Shown here: one piece after another, positions 1-8,844 of the stretch
How the letters are laid out: each line of letters starts with the position of its first letter
How positions within the stretch are numbered: the stretch's first letter is position 1
Source: a virus
Strand: one strand, 5' to 3'
IMG/VR virus record: IMGVR_UViG_3300031951_000017
Span: 99,929 to 163,928 of that record
DNA: 64,000 bases
Notes under the pieces: generated by a model
What the model saw: only the letters and a program-made list of their open reading frames with translations
The model's database searches: none
Told to the model about the DNA's origin: nothing
Translations under genes and position numbers: made by a program

Positions 1-1
1 A

Positions 2-613
2 ACCAGTTGTCAAAGCACCATTGTCCCAAGCAACTAAAGTTGCGTTTTGTGTGATTGCAGTCCACTGACCTTTTGAATAATCAAATAAACCAGCTGGGTC
101 TAAGTTAGGTTCGTTACCTTCATAGAACAAATCATAAAGATTCTTAGTGTAATAATCAGTACCTGCAGTACCATTAGCCATTTGTGGGTAACCTGCATCT
201 GGACTTCCAGGATAGTTACCAGGTGAACCTACTGGTGCATAGTGTTGACCTGATGCAGTAGCAGTTGCTCCAGTGTAACCTTGGATACGTGGTACGAAGT
301 AGAACAATTTACCAATTGGTAAGTTCATAGCTTGTACAGATACGATATCGTTAGCCAACAACTTAGAGAATACACGTCTTACGATTGGGAATACGACAGT
401 TTCAAAAGAACCTGAAGAATCTGTAGAAGACGCTTCGTTAATCAAATGTGACGCTTGGTTTTCATACAATTGTGCAACATTTTCTTTTAGGTGGCCTTTA
501 AGACCTTCTAGGAATCCTAATTTATCCCATTTGTTTATAGTGTCTTCTTTGATAACTTTCAAGTGCTTAAGACCGATGTTACCAACTAATCCACTTTCTA
601 ATAATGCTCCCAT
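2..613 (-). CDS. gp23: Major capsid protein, T4 gp23-like (5' part; runs off the window start)
   Basis: Not in ORF track. Manual translation from ATG 613: MGALLESGLVGNIGLKHLKVIKEDTINKWDKLGFLEGL...QLYENQASHLINEASS...FPIVRRVFSKLLANDIVSVQAMNLPIGKLFY. The PIVRRVF..L.ANDIVSVQ.M..P.G..FY block is the gp23 signature; it lies directly downstream of scaffold and protease. Confidence 0.93.
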   Translation of the reverse strand, partial: MGALLESGLVGNIGLKHLKVIKEDTINKWDKLGFLEGLKGHLKENVAQLYENQASHLINEASSTDSSGSFETVVFPIVRRVFSKLLANDIVSVQAMNLPIGKLFYFVPRIQGYTGATATASGQHYAPVGSPGNYPGSPDAGYPQMANGTAGTDYYTKNLYDLFYEGNEPNLDPAGLFDYSKGQWTAITQNATLVAWDNGALTTG

Positions 614-647
614 TTTTTAATTTGGTTTTTTATTTTTGTGTTTATTT

Positions 648-2231
648 TTATTTTATTAACTTTTGCATGATATCCTTCATTCTCATGAATTGAGGATTCT
701 CATAAGTTTTAGATTCAATCAAATTGATTGCGGAACCTGTTGAAGGTGTCTTATTGATTTTAGTTTCAACTGATTCTTTAACAATTTGACTATCGTTTTT
801 CGATGAAAGTTCATCCTTTATAGTTTTATATAAAGTCTTAGATTCTTTAATTGACTCAGCTCCATCAAAACGTCTCAAAATGTTAATCTTTTCTTGTTTT
901 GTAGTAGTATGTTCAGTGAACAATCTAGTAGCATAAGCCAAGTTAGAATTAAATACCGCAACTTCGTTAAGTTTGTCTCTGAATAAATTCAAAGCTTTAC
1001 GATATTCATCATTCTTAGATTTTAACATTTCAATTTCAGTGTTAACTGATTCAGTTGCTAAATGACGTGGTGCAGTTCTTGGTTTGTTTAAACCATTTCT
1101 ACCCCATTTCTTACCATTACCTAGTGTTCTAGCAGCTTCAGTATGTTCACCTTTTTTCGCTTTTGCTGGTGCTGGTTCATTTTCCTTATTAGGATTTCTC
1201 ATCGGATTACCAGGTTTTCTTTCAGTTTCAGTACCAGGTTTAACTTTTGGTTTTGCAGGTGCTGTTTTAGTTTCACCTTCCTTAAACTCAAATTTTGGAC
1301 CTTTACCCATTCCAACTCCACGAGAACCTTGTTTTTTATCTTCTTTAAATCCTCCTGTAGTTTTCTTGTAATTAAACTTTGGTTTACCGAATCCTTTACC
1401 TTTAGGTTTGAATCCAATACTTTCATTTGTCATTTCTTCATTTTCTTCGTCGTAATCCTCATCTATTTCTTCGTCAATTTCTTCATCCATTTCTTCGTCC
1501 ATTTCTTCGTCCAAAGTAATTTCGTAAATTGTTTCTTCAGATGACATTTCCATGTTGTCCATCTCATCCATTTCATCAATCTCATCAATATAAGACTCTT
1601 GGAATTCGTTATCAAACTCGAATTCGTCATCATCATTATTATTATCTAAATTGTCATTGTCTGACACATTAGATATTGCAGAAAGAAGTTCATCCATTTC
1701 TTCTGGAGTAAACTCTTCAGATTCGAACATTTCTTCGTTTGATTCCATTTCGTTAAGTTTGTTTTTTGGATTTTTAGTAACTGACTCACCCATTTTGATT
1801 AGGTAATTTTTATCAGTGTTATTATCTGATAATGAGATAGTATCGTCACTATTTTTTTTAATAATGATACCATCATCCTCACCCATTTCCATGAATGCTT
1901 TGATAACGTCTGACATAGGGGCATTTGTTAAATCTTTAACAACTTCCTCTTCATCGTCAACTGACAAATCAACATCTGTATCGTCTATATCTGTATCCTC
2001 TACATTATCAATATCAACCTCATCGGTATCCATTGTTGCAGCATCATCAACATCCATAGTGTCAACATCAATTTCTTCGTCGTCTTGTTCCTTTAAGGAT
2101 TCTTTTACTAGTTCATTGATTTCTTCCTTCATTGTTGAAGCAAGTATTCCTTTTGCATTCTCAGCGATTACATCTTCCAAATTTTTCATTTGGAGTACCG
2201 CTTCTTCGACTAATGATTTTTTATCACTCAT
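648..2231 (-). CDS. Prohead core/scaffolding protein (gp22-like), highly acidic with C-terminal coiled coil
   Basis: Lies between protease and MCP; long D/E-rich tract; C-terminal LNEVAVFNSNLAY...FD.A.S.KE.K.LY coiled-coil; many [IL]xE sites. Confidence 0.75.
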   Translation of the reverse strand: MSDKKSLVEEAVLQMKNLEDVIAENAKGILASTMKEEINELVKESLKEQDDEEIDVDTMDVDDAATMDTDEVDIDNVEDTDIDDTDVDLSVDDEEEVVKDLTNAPMSDVIKAFMEMGEDDGIIIKKNSDDTISLSDNNTDKNYLIKMGESVTKNPKNKLNEMESNEEMFESEEFTPEEMDELLSAISNVSDNDNLDNNNDDDEFEFDNEFQESYIDEIDEMDEMDNMEMSSEETIYEITLDEEMDEEMDEEIDEEIDEDYDEENEEMTNESIGFKPKGKGFGKPKFNYKKTTGGFKEDKKQGSRGVGMGKGPKFEFKEGETKTAPAKPKVKPGTETERKPGNPMRNPNKENEPAPAKAKKGEHTEAARTLGNGKKWGRNGLNKPRTAPRHLATESVNTEIEMLKSKNDEYRKALNLFRDKLNEVAVFNSNLAYATRLFTEHTTTKQEKINILRRFDGAESIKESKTLYKTIKDELSSKNDSQIVKESVETKINKTPSTGSAINLIESKTYENPQFMRMKDIMQKLIK

Positions 2232-2244
2232 TTTATGTTTTCTT

Positions 2245-2253
2245 TATAAATAT
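2245..2253 (-). promoter_or_regulatory. Phage-type (putative late) promoter box ATATTTATA for scaffold-MCP
   Basis: One of >25 copies of a sense-strand TATTTAT box just upstream of starts; second copy at 2296-2303. Confidence 0.6.
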
Positions 2254-2313
2254 GTTATTTTTTATAAAAAATTAATTTTTGATTAATTCTAGATAATAAA
2301 TATGTTATAAAAT

Positions 2314-2340
2314 AAAAAAAGGAGGTAAAAACCTCCTTTT
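2314..2340 (-). terminator. Intrinsic terminator
   Basis: AAAAGGAGGT-aaaa-ACCTCCTTTT hairpin; U-tract on minus strand downstream of 2365..2580. Confidence 0.8.
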
Positions 2341-2364
2341 GAAAACATTAAATACGATTATAAT

Positions 2365-2580
2365 TTATTCGAAAATCTCATCGATTTTACTTTCAGCAAC
2401 TGAAGTAATTCTCCAATCATAACTAAAGGATTCATACGCTTTAGTAACTTTTGCCTCCACGTCTGTTACATTATAACCCTTTACGAGTTTTTCTTCTCTT
2501 ACCTTTTTAATTTTTCCTGAGTTTTCATCTGGCAAATCATACTGAATTTTTGCCACAAAATATTTTTCGTCCATTTCCAT
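2365..2580 (-). CDS. DUF4494-like small protein
   Basis: YFVAKIQY..DENSGKIKKVREEKLV...TDVEAKV resembles the Bacteroidota DUF4494 pattern. Confidence 0.6.
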   Translation of the reverse strand: MEMDEKYFVAKIQYDLPDENSGKIKKVREEKLVKGYNVTDVEAKVTKAYESFSYDWRITSVAESKIDEIFE

Positions 2581-2614
2581 AATTTATTTTTTTAAAAATA
2601 TACGACAATTAAAA

Positions 2615-3352
2615 TTACCTATCAAGGTATGCGGAAAGTTTTTTCATTAAATCTAAAGATTTATTTGCAGAATCTTCACCACCTGTTAGAGTTCTAGATG
2701 CTTTCATTTTGTTTTCCTCATCTAAATTCTCCTCAAAATTATTTCTATCCTCAGGATTTGAGAATAAATAAGCCCCGGGTGTTGATGGGGAGGATACTAG
2801 GTCAAAACATATTAATTCAAAATCATCTTGTACTTCATTTTGTTCTCCGACCTTTTTTAATGACCCTACACCACGAGAAGAAATACCAAGGGTTACACCT
2901 TGTCTTAAATAATTTGCGGCTAAATCTCCTTTAGTTGAACAGATACCTCTTTCATGAAAACCTGGTGAGGTTAACAATCTTAATTTACCCATTAAAATCT
3001 TACCATCCCACCACACATCTGTTATGATGTGTGCAACTCTATCTAAATCTATTAATGATGATTCAGGGTGATTCAACTCAGAAAGTGAAACACCCTTAGC
3101 AATCATTTTTTTATAGTTCTCAGCTTCTCTTTTAAGAATTTTTTCAGGGTAAACCCTTCCGTTTCTATTTGGAGTATTATATTTCTGTAGTACTGCGTAA
3201 AACTCAAATGGTTTAGAGTAATCTAAAAAATTTTTATTTTCTTTTATTATCTCAGCATTTCCATTTTCTCTAGGGTTGATGTATCCTGCGTCGTATTCAA
3301 TTAGGATACCTTTTCCAGAATCAGTAGGTCCTAATATTTTTAAATTATTCAT
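2615..3352 (-). CDS. gp21: Prohead core protease (gp21-like)
   Basis: NRNGRVYP, ELNHP, LGISSRGVGSL, FDLVSSPSTPGAY motifs. Confidence 0.93.
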   Translation of the reverse strand: MNNLKILGPTDSGKGILIEYDAGYINPRENGNAEIIKENKNFLDYSKPFEFYAVLQKYNTPNRNGRVYPEKILKREAENYKKMIAKGVSLSELNHPESSLIDLDRVAHIITDVWWDGKILMGKLRLLTSPGFHERGICSTKGDLAANYLRQGVTLGISSRGVGSLKKVGEQNEVQDDFELICFDLVSSPSTPGAYLFSNPEDRNNFEENLDEENKMKASRTLTGGEDSANKSLDLMKKLSAYLDR

Positions 3353-3376
3353 CTTATATTTTTTATTATAAATATA

Positions 3377-3829
3377 TTAATTACGAATAACTTCAAAGTC
3401 CTCTTTTTTAGAAATAGAAAAATTGAAATGTTTATTGTTTTTTAGACAATATTTTATAACTGAATCAGTAATCTTTTTCATATGATTTTTTAATTCTAAA
3501 CATTTAAAATCATAGTGTTTAGTTGTGTAAAATACACATTCTAGATTCATAAAAGACTTTTTACCAAACATCACCCCACTAGACCTCAAATCCATATCAC
3601 ATATAAAATTTGATTCAAATAAATTTCTATCAATTAAATCACCTATTGTTAATTTAATTGTTCTAGTAAGATGATTAATTATTTTTTCAGCGTTTTCTAT
3701 GAAATCTTTTGGTTCTACCCAAGATTGAATGTTTAGATATACTGATTTAAGATTTTTAAAATCTACTGTTCCGTAACTTACTTTAAATGACTTATAACCT
3801 GTAAGTTTAATACTTTTTCCTTTTTTCAT
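3377..3829 (-). CDS. Hypothetical protein
   Basis: 150-aa ORF collinear with the head operon. Confidence 0.7.
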   Translation of the reverse strand: MKKGKSIKLTGYKSFKVSYGTVDFKNLKSVYLNIQSWVEPKDFIENAEKIINHLTRTIKLTIGDLIDRNLFESNFICDMDLRSSGVMFGKKSFMNLECVFYTTKHYDFKCLELKNHMKKITDSVIKYCLKNNKHFNFSISKKEDFEVIRN

Positions 3830-3895
3830 TAACCATTTTAATACTTGTTTATTTGTATCAAAATATAGTTAACAATTATAAAAAAAACAAAAATT

Positions 3896-4600
3896 TTAAA
3901 GATTATTAAATAATTGACGCAATTTCATTAAATTAATCTGATTTTTTGGTTCAGTTTTAATTCTCTCAATTGTCTCAGTTATTTTTTCTTTAGTTGGTGT
4001 GTCTGAAATAGAGACCAATTCGTCTAATTTTTCAATAGTCATTTCAGATAATAAATCGTATTTAGATACTATTTCAGATTCAGTTAGTGTCAAATACTTA
4101 TTTAAAGTTTTTAGTTCATTTTCAGATAAATCTGACAAATACTCCTTAGTAGTGTTTTCGGCTATCTCATAAACTTTATTTAAAGGTATACTAGGTGTGT
4201 CAGTTTTTTTATCCTTTAAAATAATTTTTTTAGTTATTGTTTTTTTTGCCTCTAAAATTTTCTCAATATCCAAATCCTCATTAAAAATATTATCTATAAT
4301 CTCATATGTGTTAGACTCAGTGGGAATTTCCTTTACCCAACTCTCAAGTTGTAAAATTTTTTTGGAGTTAAAATTTAATTTCTCAAATTGTCTGATACAC
4401 TCATTAATGAATAAATCTGCATCGTTTGGATTTAGTCCTCTTTTTCTATCCATAATATCGTAAAGATAAAATGCTTTTGCAATATTTTTATCCTCTAAAA
4501 CTAAAGACTTAAAAGTTTTAATCTTGTCTTTAAAGGTGTTATCAGACATAGATTCAACTAGAATCTTCTCAACTTTTGATTTTATTAGACCTATTTTCAT
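3896..4600 (-). CDS. Hypothetical helical protein, probable head/core component
   Basis: 234 aa between portal and protease; TATTTAT box at 4610-4618; ILVE site near N-terminus. Confidence 0.65.
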   Translation of the reverse strand: MKIGLIKSKVEKILVESMSDNTFKDKIKTFKSLVLEDKNIAKAFYLYDIMDRKRGLNPNDADLFINECIRQFEKLNFNSKKILQLESWVKEIPTESNTYEIIDNIFNEDLDIEKILEAKKTITKKIILKDKKTDTPSIPLNKVYEIAENTTKEYLSDLSENELKTLNKYLTLTESEIVSKYDLLSEMTIEKLDELVSISDTPTKEKITETIERIKTEPKNQINLMKLRQLFNNL

Positions 4601-4635
4601 TTTTTTATTTATAAATATATCAATTTACGATTAAA

Positions 4636-6990
4636 TTATTGTGGACAAACTCCACCAATACAAGCCCCGTAAAAAGCCACTGCCATATTAGCCGTTAATC
4701 CGCTTATATTACCAACTTTACAATATTTTGGAGTTCCGCTATTTGCCGGAACTACTTCATTTTTGGTATTTCCATTACATTGCGTAAATGTAATAACACC
4801 TGTAGTTTGTCCAGTGTTGACAACTTTAAAACATAAACAATTACTTGTTGGTGTCACGGTTGGTACTGGATTAAAAGATTGTGTAGGTGTTATAGTCCTT
4901 GTTGGTGTTGGAGTACTTGTTCTTGTCGCTGTGGGTGTTGGTGTTAATGCACATTGATTATTTACACATAACCCTAAAGTTTGTTTTATAATTCCTGACA
5001 CATTTGGTACACTACTAGCACAGAAATTAGAAGTTGTGGTATTGGCACCAACTACAATATTAGTGCTTTGATTTGAACAATTGGTATAAGTTACTACTAT
5101 CGCACTTGTTGTTGTATTTTGTAAACGATGACACAAACAATTATATGTTGGTGTTGGTGTACTTGTTCTAGTTGGTGTTGGTGTGCTTGTTCTAGTTGGT
5201 GTTGGACTTCCTGTCCTTGTTGGAGTATTTGTTAAGGTTGGGGTTATTCCAGGTGTTGTAGTTCTAGTTGGGGTATTCGTTAAAGTTGGGGTTGCCGTTC
5301 TAGTTGGGGTCGCTGTTCTAGTTGGAGTTGCCGTTCTAGTTGGAGTTGCCGTTCTAGTCAATGTTGGTGTTGGTGTTGGTGCTGGTGAACAATTTCCGTT
5401 TACACAAGTCCCGACATATAATACTTGGAGTCCTGTAGTAACTACTGGTAGTTGTCTAGCACAGAAATTATTACTAAATGAATTTGGTAATACAAAAGTA
5501 TTAGATGCCCCTCCATTACACCCTAAATAAGAAAAAGTTTTTGTGGTTACGGTATTGTTCCTCACACGATAACAAATACAGACGTTTGTAGGTGTTAAAG
5601 TAGGTGTTCTTGATGGTGTTGAGGTATTTGTTGGTGTTAATCCAAATGTATTTGTCGGGGTTACAGTTCTAGTTAGCGTTGGTGTTGGTGTCGGATATAG
5701 TTGACAAGAATTATTTAAACAAGAGCCCACCGTATTAATTATAATACCTGACATATTTTGTACAGATTTCGCACAAAAATTATTACTTGTAAAATTAGAT
5801 GGTACTATGATTGTTGTTAAAACATTATTACAATTGGTATATGTGACATTTTTTGTTGTTGTTGTCGTATTTTGTAAATTATAACATAAACAACTATTGG
5901 TACTTGTTGGAGTTGCGGTTCTAGTTGGAGTTGCGGTTAATGTTGGTGTAGTTGTTTTTGTCGGTGTAGGTGTAGGTGTCTTAGTTACAGTAGGTGTTGC
6001 ACTTGCGGTTCTAGTTGGAGTAACTGTTTTAGTCGGAGTTACCGTTGGTGTTAAGGTTTTGGTGCTAGTTACCGTTGGTGTTGGGGTTACAAATACAGGA
6101 ATGTCTTTAACTTGTTGGTATCCATATATCATATAACCCTTTAGCTCTATATTACTTTTTGCGGGAGACACCCAATTATCGTAAGCATTTTTAAAATTTA
6201 GATATGCCTGTTCAAATCCAAACTCCTCAAAGTATGAGTGCATATATGAAGTTCCACCATGATAAATTATTATTATTTCAACATTCCTATTTGACCCTGA
6301 TGCCGCATAACCTAATAATTCTAATTCTTCATCAATTGTGGTTAATCCATAATTTGTGGTTGCCGTAAATTGATTGGTTGTTATGTAACAAGTTAACAAA
6401 ATCCTATCTGTTCTATTAACTAAAAACGTGGAAATTTGTGATGGGGTATAAGCCGAAGTCTCATCCCTTATCAGTCCAATATAAGCATCAAAAGTAACAT
6501 TAGTACCTGATGTAACTGCAGACACTTGTAACATTTCATCCCTATATGTTAAAAACGGAACTGTCCCAACATTATCAGGATAATTCCAAAATTCATTCTC
6601 TAAATTAAATACATTAAAAGTTTCTGCCGAACTAGTACAACCCGTATTAAAGAAATAACGTGAATTATTTCCAGTTGTTCCAGTACCAACCAAAGTATTA
6701 CTACTACCCCCAATACCACCAACTTCCAATACTCCCGATTCTCTAACAGAAACGTTATAAGCCCTAACATTTGTACGACCTGAACTACTAGCTAATATGG
6801 GTGTTAAATCATAAAAATATAACGCATTAAAACCAAAATATTCTGTGAATATTTTTAAATTATTTTTTTCTGAACCATTATTAATTATTGTATCATAGTC
6901 ATTTACATATAACCCTTTGAACTGAATCAATGGGGTACTAGATGGTGTTGGTGTTAGGGGTATTGTTCCCGTCGGGAGTGGAGTTGACAT
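4636..6990 (-). CDS. Mucin-like virion surface protein: N-terminal globular (GH-like) domain, Thr/Pro tracts and four Cys-rich repeats
   Basis: (TP)n/TPTRTA tracts separating four CxC..N......YTxC.....NFC......GxCxxxxC modules; immediately downstream of portal. Confidence 0.7.
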   Translation of the reverse strand: MSTPLPTGTIPLTPTPSSTPLIQFKGLYVNDYDTIINNGSEKNNLKIFTEYFGFNALYFYDLTPILASSSGRTNVRAYNVSVRESGVLEVGGIGGSSNTLVGTGTTGNNSRYFFNTGCTSSAETFNVFNLENEFWNYPDNVGTVPFLTYRDEMLQVSAVTSGTNVTFDAYIGLIRDETSAYTPSQISTFLVNRTDRILLTCYITTNQFTATTNYGLTTIDEELELLGYAASGSNRNVEIIIIYHGGTSYMHSYFEEFGFEQAYLNFKNAYDNWVSPAKSNIELKGYMIYGYQQVKDIPVFVTPTPTVTSTKTLTPTVTPTKTVTPTRTASATPTVTKTPTPTPTKTTTPTLTATPTRTATPTSTNSCLCYNLQNTTTTTKNVTYTNCNNVLTTIIVPSNFTSNNFCAKSVQNMSGIIINTVGSCLNNSCQLYPTPTPTLTRTVTPTNTFGLTPTNTSTPSRTPTLTPTNVCICYRVRNNTVTTKTFSYLGCNGGASNTFVLPNSFSNNFCARQLPVVTTGLQVLYVGTCVNGNCSPAPTPTPTLTRTATPTRTATPTRTATPTRTATPTLTNTPTRTTTPGITPTLTNTPTRTGSPTPTRTSTPTPTRTSTPTPTYNCLCHRLQNTTTSAIVVTYTNCSNQSTNIVVGANTTTSNFCASSVPNVSGIIKQTLGLCVNNQCALTPTPTATRTSTPTPTRTITPTQSFNPVPTVTPTSNCLCFKVVNTGQTTGVITFTQCNGNTKNEVVPANSGTPKYCKVGNISGLTANMAVAFYGACIGGVCPQ
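5140..5385 (-). repeat. Degenerate 18-nt tandem repeat encoding TPTRTA/TPTRTS
   Basis: Repeated gttctagttgg(a/g)gt(t/c)gc units on + strand. Confidence 0.8.
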
Positions 6991-6992
6991 TT

Positions 6993-8807
6993 TTAATCTT
7001 TAAGCAATTTATTTAGTTTATTTTCCATTTCAGTTAACGAGTCACTACTTTTATCAAAATTAAAATAATCATCATCCATTGTTTCTAGTAAGATGTTTAA
7101 TTGTTTTTCCTTTGACTCGGGTGTAATTCCTGCTGGTTCTGCCGCTGGTTCAGGTGTAGGTTCTGCCGCTGGTTCACCTAATCCCCCTCCTAAATCACCA
7201 CTAGGCATTCCGCCTCCTCCAGCTTCACCACCTCCAGCTTCAGGTGTTGTAGTAGTCCCACTTGTTGACCCATACAACTTGTCAATATTATCAAATAATC
7301 CTGTATGTTTTATAACCTCAGCAGTTGCCGCTAACTCACCCGCAACGGCTTTCTCAACACGTTGTTGTTGGATATCAAGTTTAATTTCTTCATCAGAAAA
7401 CCCAAGGATATTTTTTTTAGCCCAAGATACTGAGGTCGGTGCTATACCTTCAATTGGTGTGACCGCATCTTTATACAATACAACTTTTTCTTTCCAAATG
7501 TCAATTTTTAACAAGTCTGCCTGAGAAGATGGGTTGGTTAACATTAAATTAAAATTGTTAAGTTCATCTTCAAACCCTAATAAGAACAAATGGATAATTG
7601 CAATTTTATTTAATTCTGCCAATACACACTTTTGAATTCTATTGATAGTTCTAGCGAAACGAATATCTAGTAATGAAAGGTTTTTACCATCCCCAACCAC
7701 TTCCTCAAACCCTAAAAATGCTTTAGGTACACGAAGTGCAGTAAGTAGTTTCTTTTGGATGTATTCAATATCTGCAATCTCAGATAGGTTTGTAGCTCCG
7801 GGTAATGTGTCAATTGGATTTGGTGCCGCTGGGTCTCTAACAGGAATAAAATAATCTTGGTCAACCGCCATTTGATTAAACCTCATATCCACATTACCCG
7901 TTTTATTATCAACAACTTGAGACCTTTTAAATTTATTGGCAACTCTTTGTACATATGGTTCAATATCTTTGTCATCCATATTACCCACAAATACTTTAAA
8001 TACTCTTCTCTCAGGTGCTCTAGATGTTCTGTAAATTAACATTGCATCTTCAGACAATAATAATTGTTTCCAAATACGTCTCGCTTTTTCTAACATCGAT
8101 GTACCATAAGGAAGTTTTCTATCATCACCTAACAATCTAAAATGTGCAATTTCCCAAGTATTGAATTCCATTTCTTTATTTTTCCAAACAAACTTTAAAC
8201 CATTTGTCTCTACGTCAGCATTATCCAAATTAGATTTTCCCTTCATTCCTCTTTCAATCCTTTCGATTTCAATGTTAGGTAGTTGTGAACACCCAACGAC
8301 ACCCTTTTCAGGGTCTAATCGTAAGTAAACAAAGTTATCACCATACTTACAAACATTTCTTATCCACATAGGTAAGTTAGTATTGACATCCAATGCATTA
8401 TTGAACAAATCAGTTAATACTGATTTAATCCTTTTAGACTCAGAATATATTTGTAACATATGACCATTTTGGTCAGGGGTTGTGGATTCTTCAGCATAAA
8501 TGTCTAAAGATGCCGAAATTTCAGGAGTATATTCCATAGATTCATAATCATAATATGATGCCAATCTAGTGGGTTCAAAATATACTCCTTGAGTATATAA
8601 ATTATTTTCAATTTTAGCCCACTGGTTAGCGAGATAAAATGTTTGTTGTGCTTGTAGTTTTGCTAAATCATATTCACCTTTTGACGTGGTTTTTAGTAAT
8701 TCTTTTTTATCAAATTTGTAGACTGGATAGTCTTGACCTAATAAAGAATTTGGACCGAATGTCTGCGATAATCTTTGCCAAACTGTTAATTTTTGATTAT
8801 TTTCCAT
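6993..8807 (-). CDS. gp20: Portal protein (gp20-like)
   Basis: EDAMLIYRTSRAPERRVFKVFVGNM, DYFIPVR, IDTLPG.NL..I.DIEY.QKKL..ALRVP motifs. Confidence 0.95.
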   Translation of the reverse strand: MENNQKLTVWQRLSQTFGPNSLLGQDYPVYKFDKKELLKTTSKGEYDLAKLQAQQTFYLANQWAKIENNLYTQGVYFEPTRLASYYDYESMEYTPEISASLDIYAEESTTPDQNGHMLQIYSESKRIKSVLTDLFNNALDVNTNLPMWIRNVCKYGDNFVYLRLDPEKGVVGCSQLPNIEIERIERGMKGKSNLDNADVETNGLKFVWKNKEMEFNTWEIAHFRLLGDDRKLPYGTSMLEKARRIWKQLLLSEDAMLIYRTSRAPERRVFKVFVGNMDDKDIEPYVQRVANKFKRSQVVDNKTGNVDMRFNQMAVDQDYFIPVRDPAAPNPIDTLPGATNLSEIADIEYIQKKLLTALRVPKAFLGFEEVVGDGKNLSLLDIRFARTINRIQKCVLAELNKIAIIHLFLLGFEDELNNFNLMLTNPSSQADLLKIDIWKEKVVLYKDAVTPIEGIAPTSVSWAKKNILGFSDEEIKLDIQQQRVEKAVAGELAATAEVIKHTGLFDNIDKLYGSTSGTTTTPEAGGGEAGGGGMPSGDLGGGLGEPAAEPTPEPAAEPAGITPESKEKQLNILLETMDDDYFNFDKSSDSLTEMENKLNKLLKD

Positions 8808-8844
8808 ATTAAAATTTAACCCTATTCATTTTTTTATAAATACA

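Noticed and set aside
2245-2253. T4-type late promoter TATAAATA
   Set aside because: TATAAATA appears on the non-coding strand of the adjacent genes; + strand genes show TATTTAT, so the functional orientation is the reverse.
1084-2286. Plus-strand ORFs antisense to the scaffold gene, and similar shadow ORFs throughout (e.g. 5183..5530, 7093..7524, 31585..32211, 47513..47772, 61431..61886)
   Set aside because: Ser/Phe/Val-rich antisense readings of real genes or repeats, with no promoter motifs or domain signal.
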